Assembly: GCA_963735595.1 (NCBI GenBank)
Contig: CAVTLK010000004.1
Location: 480,001 to 544,000, forward strand
DNA: 64,000 nucleotides
Origin: an uncultured delta proteobacterium
GTDB lineage: Bacteria; Desulfobacterota; Zymogenia; Zymogenales; Zymogenaceae
Reading direction: 5' to 3'
Both the position numbers and the translations under genes were made by a program. How positions within the stretch are numbered: the first letter of the stretch is position 1; the number at the start of each line of letters is the position of its first letter. Of the stretch, positions 61,045-64,000 are shown in pieces. Below the pieces are notes generated by a model. It was given only the letters and a program-made list of their open reading frames with translations. It was not told the origin of the DNA and made no database searches.

Positions 61045-62850
61045 ATGGATTCTTCCTTTATAAAATACCTTGCGGTTTTTATTGCTTCGCTGGGGATCTC
61101 ACTCGTTGGGACCCGCGCGCTGATCTCGCTCGGCCCCGTAATAGGGTGGGTCGAAAAAATAAAAAAAGACCGCTGGCACTCCAAGCCGACGGCCAAGCTC
61201 GGCGGAATCGCCATATATATCGCCCTCATGGTCGTCACAATCCTCGCTTTCTGGCCCCCGACAGAGATGAAGATCATAGGGTTGTTAGCCGGTACGACCG
61301 TGATCTTTATTCTCGGTCTGGTCGACGATCTGAAATCCGTTTCTCCGGGGATTAAGATTGTCGTGGAGGTGGCCGCTGCGGCCGTGGTGGTTGCCTTCGG
61401 CGTCTATTCGGAATACTTCAACCCGTTTTTCGGTATTCCCCTCACGATCTTCTGGATAGTGGCGATTACCAATGCGTATAACCTCATCGATAACATGGAT
61501 GGCCTGGCTTCCGGGATTGCGGCGATTTCGGCCATGACCTTGTTCGCGCTGTCGGCGATTATGGGCTGGGCGGACACGGCAATCCTCTCGGCCGTGATGT
61601 GCGGGGCGGCACTCGGATTTCTGCACTATAACTTTAATCCTGCGCGGATCTTCATGGGGGACTGCGGGGCGCTGACGATCGGCTTTTATCTCTCGGTCGT
61701 TACGCTGATCGGGTCGATGACCTATATGAGCAACCTTATCCTGACACTCGTCGCCCCGATCCTCGTTATGGCGGTTCCGATACTTGATACGGCTTTCGTC
61801 ACGACTCTCAGGGCGGTTTCCGGCCGACGGGTCTACGAGGGCGGTAAGGACCACACCTCTCATCGCCTCGTTATCATGGGACTGTCTGAAAAAAGATCGG
61901 TCCTCGCGATATACCTCTTTTCGCTGGTCTTCGGCGGCTTCGCGGTGTTTCTCGCATTTCCGGGGGCAAGCTACCTGCTCGTCTGGACGCTCCTGGTCAT
62001 CTCCCTGGTATTTCTGTTTTTACTGGGGCTCTTCCTGAGCGGGCCGGATCTCAGGGAGATAGAGAACCGCGTTCGCGCCAACAAGGGTCCTAACGGGATC
62101 ATCGCGCTTCTCATTAAGAAAAGAAACATTGTCGTCAAGATCGCCGCCGATGCGTTGATTGTCGCGGCATCATATATCCTGGCCTACTACCTGATGGGAA
62201 ACGGCTCCGTCGGCCGGGCCGAGGGGGTCCTCATCGGGAGGTCTCTGCCTATATTCGTTTTTTTCCAGATGACCTCGTTCTACTTGTTCGGGATTTATCG
62301 CGGAGTATGGAAATATGTCTCGTTTGGGGATATGATACGGATCGTTGAGGCGGCCCTGGCGGGCACGGCGATCTCATCCCTTATCCTGTTTCTCTTCACC
62401 TTTTTTGCGGGCTATTCGGCGTCCCTGGTGATCGTCTATTTCTTTATCATGACCTTTTTCATAGCCGCGCGGGCTGCAAGCATCAGGGGCTTTACCGATT
62501 TTTTTACCCGCCATCGAGCCCGGCGGGCGGAAAAGAGGGTCCTTATCTTCGGGGCCGGGGACTCGGGTAACGCCGTCCTCCGGGAGATACTCAATAACGG
62601 CGGGCCGGACCGCCTGCCGCTGGCCTTCATCGATGACGATCCCTCCAAGGTCGGCAAGATCATCAATGGGATCGAGGTCCTGGGTACCCGCCACGATCTG
62701 GGCCGGGTAATCCGCGAGAATAAGGCCGACGAGGTAATCGTGGCCGTCAGTAATCTTCCCGCCGAGACCCGGCGGTATATTCAGCGTGTCTGCAAGGAAT
62801 TGGGAATCGCCGTTGTGAGGGTATCGGGAATCTTTACTGTAGATGGATAA
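61045..62850 (+). CDS. WecA/MraY-family polyprenyl-phosphate HexNAc-1-P transferase fused to a PglF/CapD N-terminal-like (TM + CoA-binding) region
   Basis: GLVDD, NLIDNMDGL, IFMGDCG, DHTSHRL; then GIYRGVWKY, VLIFGAGDSG, FIDDDPSKVG. Confidence 0.88.
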   Translation: MDSSFIKYLAVFIASLGISLVGTRALISLGPVIGWVEKIKKDRWHSKPTAKLGGIAIYIALMVVTILAFWPPTEMKIIGLLAGTTVIFILGLVDDLKSVSPGIKIVVEVAAAAVVVAFGVYSEYFNPFFGIPLTIFWIVAITNAYNLIDNMDGLASGIAAISAMTLFALSAIMGWADTAILSAVMCGAALGFLHYNFNPARIFMGDCGALTIGFYLSVVTLIGSMTYMSNLILTLVAPILVMAVPILDTAFVTTLRAVSGRRVYEGGKDHTSHRLVIMGLSEKRSVLAIYLFSLVFGGFAVFLAFPGASYLLVWTLLVISLVFLFLLGLFLSGPDLREIENRVRANKGPNGIIALLIKKRNIVVKIAADALIVAASYILAYYLMGNGSVGRAEGVLIGRSLPIFVFFQMTSFYLFGIYRGVWKYVSFGDMIRIVEAALAGTAISSLILFLFTFFAGYSASLVIVYFFIMTFFIAARAASIRGFTDFFTRHRARRAEKRVLIFGAGDSGNAVLREILNNGGPDRLPLAFIDDDPSKVGKIINGIEVLGTRHDLGRVIRENKADEVIVAVSNLPAETRRYIQRVCKELGIAVVRVSGIFTVDG

Positions 62851-62854
62851 CGAT

Positions 62855-63792
62855 ATGGAATGTCTGGTAACCGGGGGTGCCGGTTTCATCGGTTCGCACA
62901 TAGCTGAGACGCTCCTGAAGTCGGGCAGAAAGGTGCGTATTCTGGATAACTTTTACACCGGGAGGCGGCAAAATATTGCCTCGTTCGTCCGCGATATAGA
63001 GCTGATCGAAGGAGATCTCAGAGACCAGGGCGCCGTCGCCAGGGCGGTGCGCGGAGTGGACGTGGTCTTTCACCAGGCCGCCATACCGTCCGTCCCCCGT
63101 TCCGTCCGTGAGCCCCGGCTTACCCACGACGTGAATGTCAACGGCACCCTGGGGCTGCTTCTCGCGGCAAAGGACGCCGGGGTTTCGCGATTCGTGTACG
63201 CGTCGTCCTCCTCCGCTTACGGCGATACGCCGACGCTCCCCAAGGACGAAGAAATGCCCCCCTCGCCCCTGTCGCCTTATGCCGTTCAGAAGCTCATGGG
63301 GGAATACTATACCCGCGTATTCTACCTCGTCTACGGGATGCCGACGGTGGCGCTGCGTTACTTCAATGTCTTCGGCCCCCGGCAGGACCCCGCGTCGGAA
63401 TATGCCGCGGTCATCCCGAAGTTCATCACGCTGATGATGGGGGGAAACCACCCCTTATTTACGGAGACGGTGCCCAGACGCGGGACTTTACCTACATTGA
63501 AAACGTCGTTTCGGCCAATATACTGGCGGCCGACGACACCCGATGCCTGGGGGAAGTCATGAACATTTCCACCGGGCAGCAACTTGGTCTGATCGAGCTT
63601 GCCAAGGCAATCGGGAGCCTGCTGGGGACCTCGATCGACCCGACCTTTGATCCCCCCAGGGACGGCGATATCAAGCATTCGTTCGGCAGCATCGAAAAGG
63701 CACAGAGGCTGCTGGGGTATTCCGTGCGGGTCGGCATGGATGAGGGACTCGCTCGCACGATACGATGGTACCGGGAAGGGACGCCGACGTGA
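62855..63792 (+). CDS. SDR UDP-glucose/GlcNAc 4-epimerase family (frameshift at G6, 63439-63444)
   Basis: TGGAGFIGSH, YAVQK, LRYFNVFGPRQDP; the shifted frame gives IYGDGAQTRDFTYIENVV and joins ORF 63559..63792. Confidence 0.9.
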
Positions 63793-64000
63793 AAGGCGCG
63801 CCGAGGTTCTCATTCATCATCGTCTGTTTCAATAACCGGGTGCTCCTGCCGTCATGCATCGATTCGATCTACGGTACCGTTGAACGGTCGCGCCATGAGA
63901 TCATCGTCTCTGATAACGGATCGACGGACGGGAGCGATCGGCTCATTCGGGAGCAGTGGCCCGATATCCATCTCATCGAAAACGGAAGGAACCTCGGGTT
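63789..64000 (+). CDS. GT2 glycosyltransferase, 5' part (runs off window)
   Basis: Manual translation from GTG 63789: FSFIIVCFN...CIDSI...IIVSDNGSTDGS...IENGRNLG. Confidence 0.9.
   Translation, partial: MKGAPRFSFIIVCFNNRVLLPSCIDSIYGTVERSRHEIIVSDNGSTDGSDRLIREQWPDIHLIENGRNLG

Overview
GC-rich bacterial chromosomal segment. Gene content (sigma54 two-component system, AddAB, LPS heptose genes, AsnRS, TAXI binding protein) looks deltaproteobacterial/Desulfobacterota-like; this is inference only. It is mostly housekeeping and metabolism: groEL 3' end, a PPIase, hpt, two GGDEF-family genes, a COG3044 ATPase, an HDAC-family deacetylase, two acyl-CoA ligases, addBA, asnS, a PAS kinase/sigma54 activator pair followed by a consensus sigma54 promoter driving a REC-DUF4388-TPR gene and a roadblock/LC7 gene, an AsmA-like protein, PLP amino-acid catabolism genes, trxA, comF, and from about 50.5 kb an LPS/polysaccharide cluster that runs off the end. 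I saw no rRNA, tRNA, CRISPR array, integrase, transposase or phage genes. The most unusual structure is a ~1.75 kb island (41825-43568). It holds a secreted WG-repeat gene with hypervariable repeat positions inside nested direct repeats, REP-like palindromes and the two split arms of a palindromic element that occurs 'empty' at 23351-23472. Five genes have single-base frameshifts at short homopolymers, most likely long-read consensus errors.
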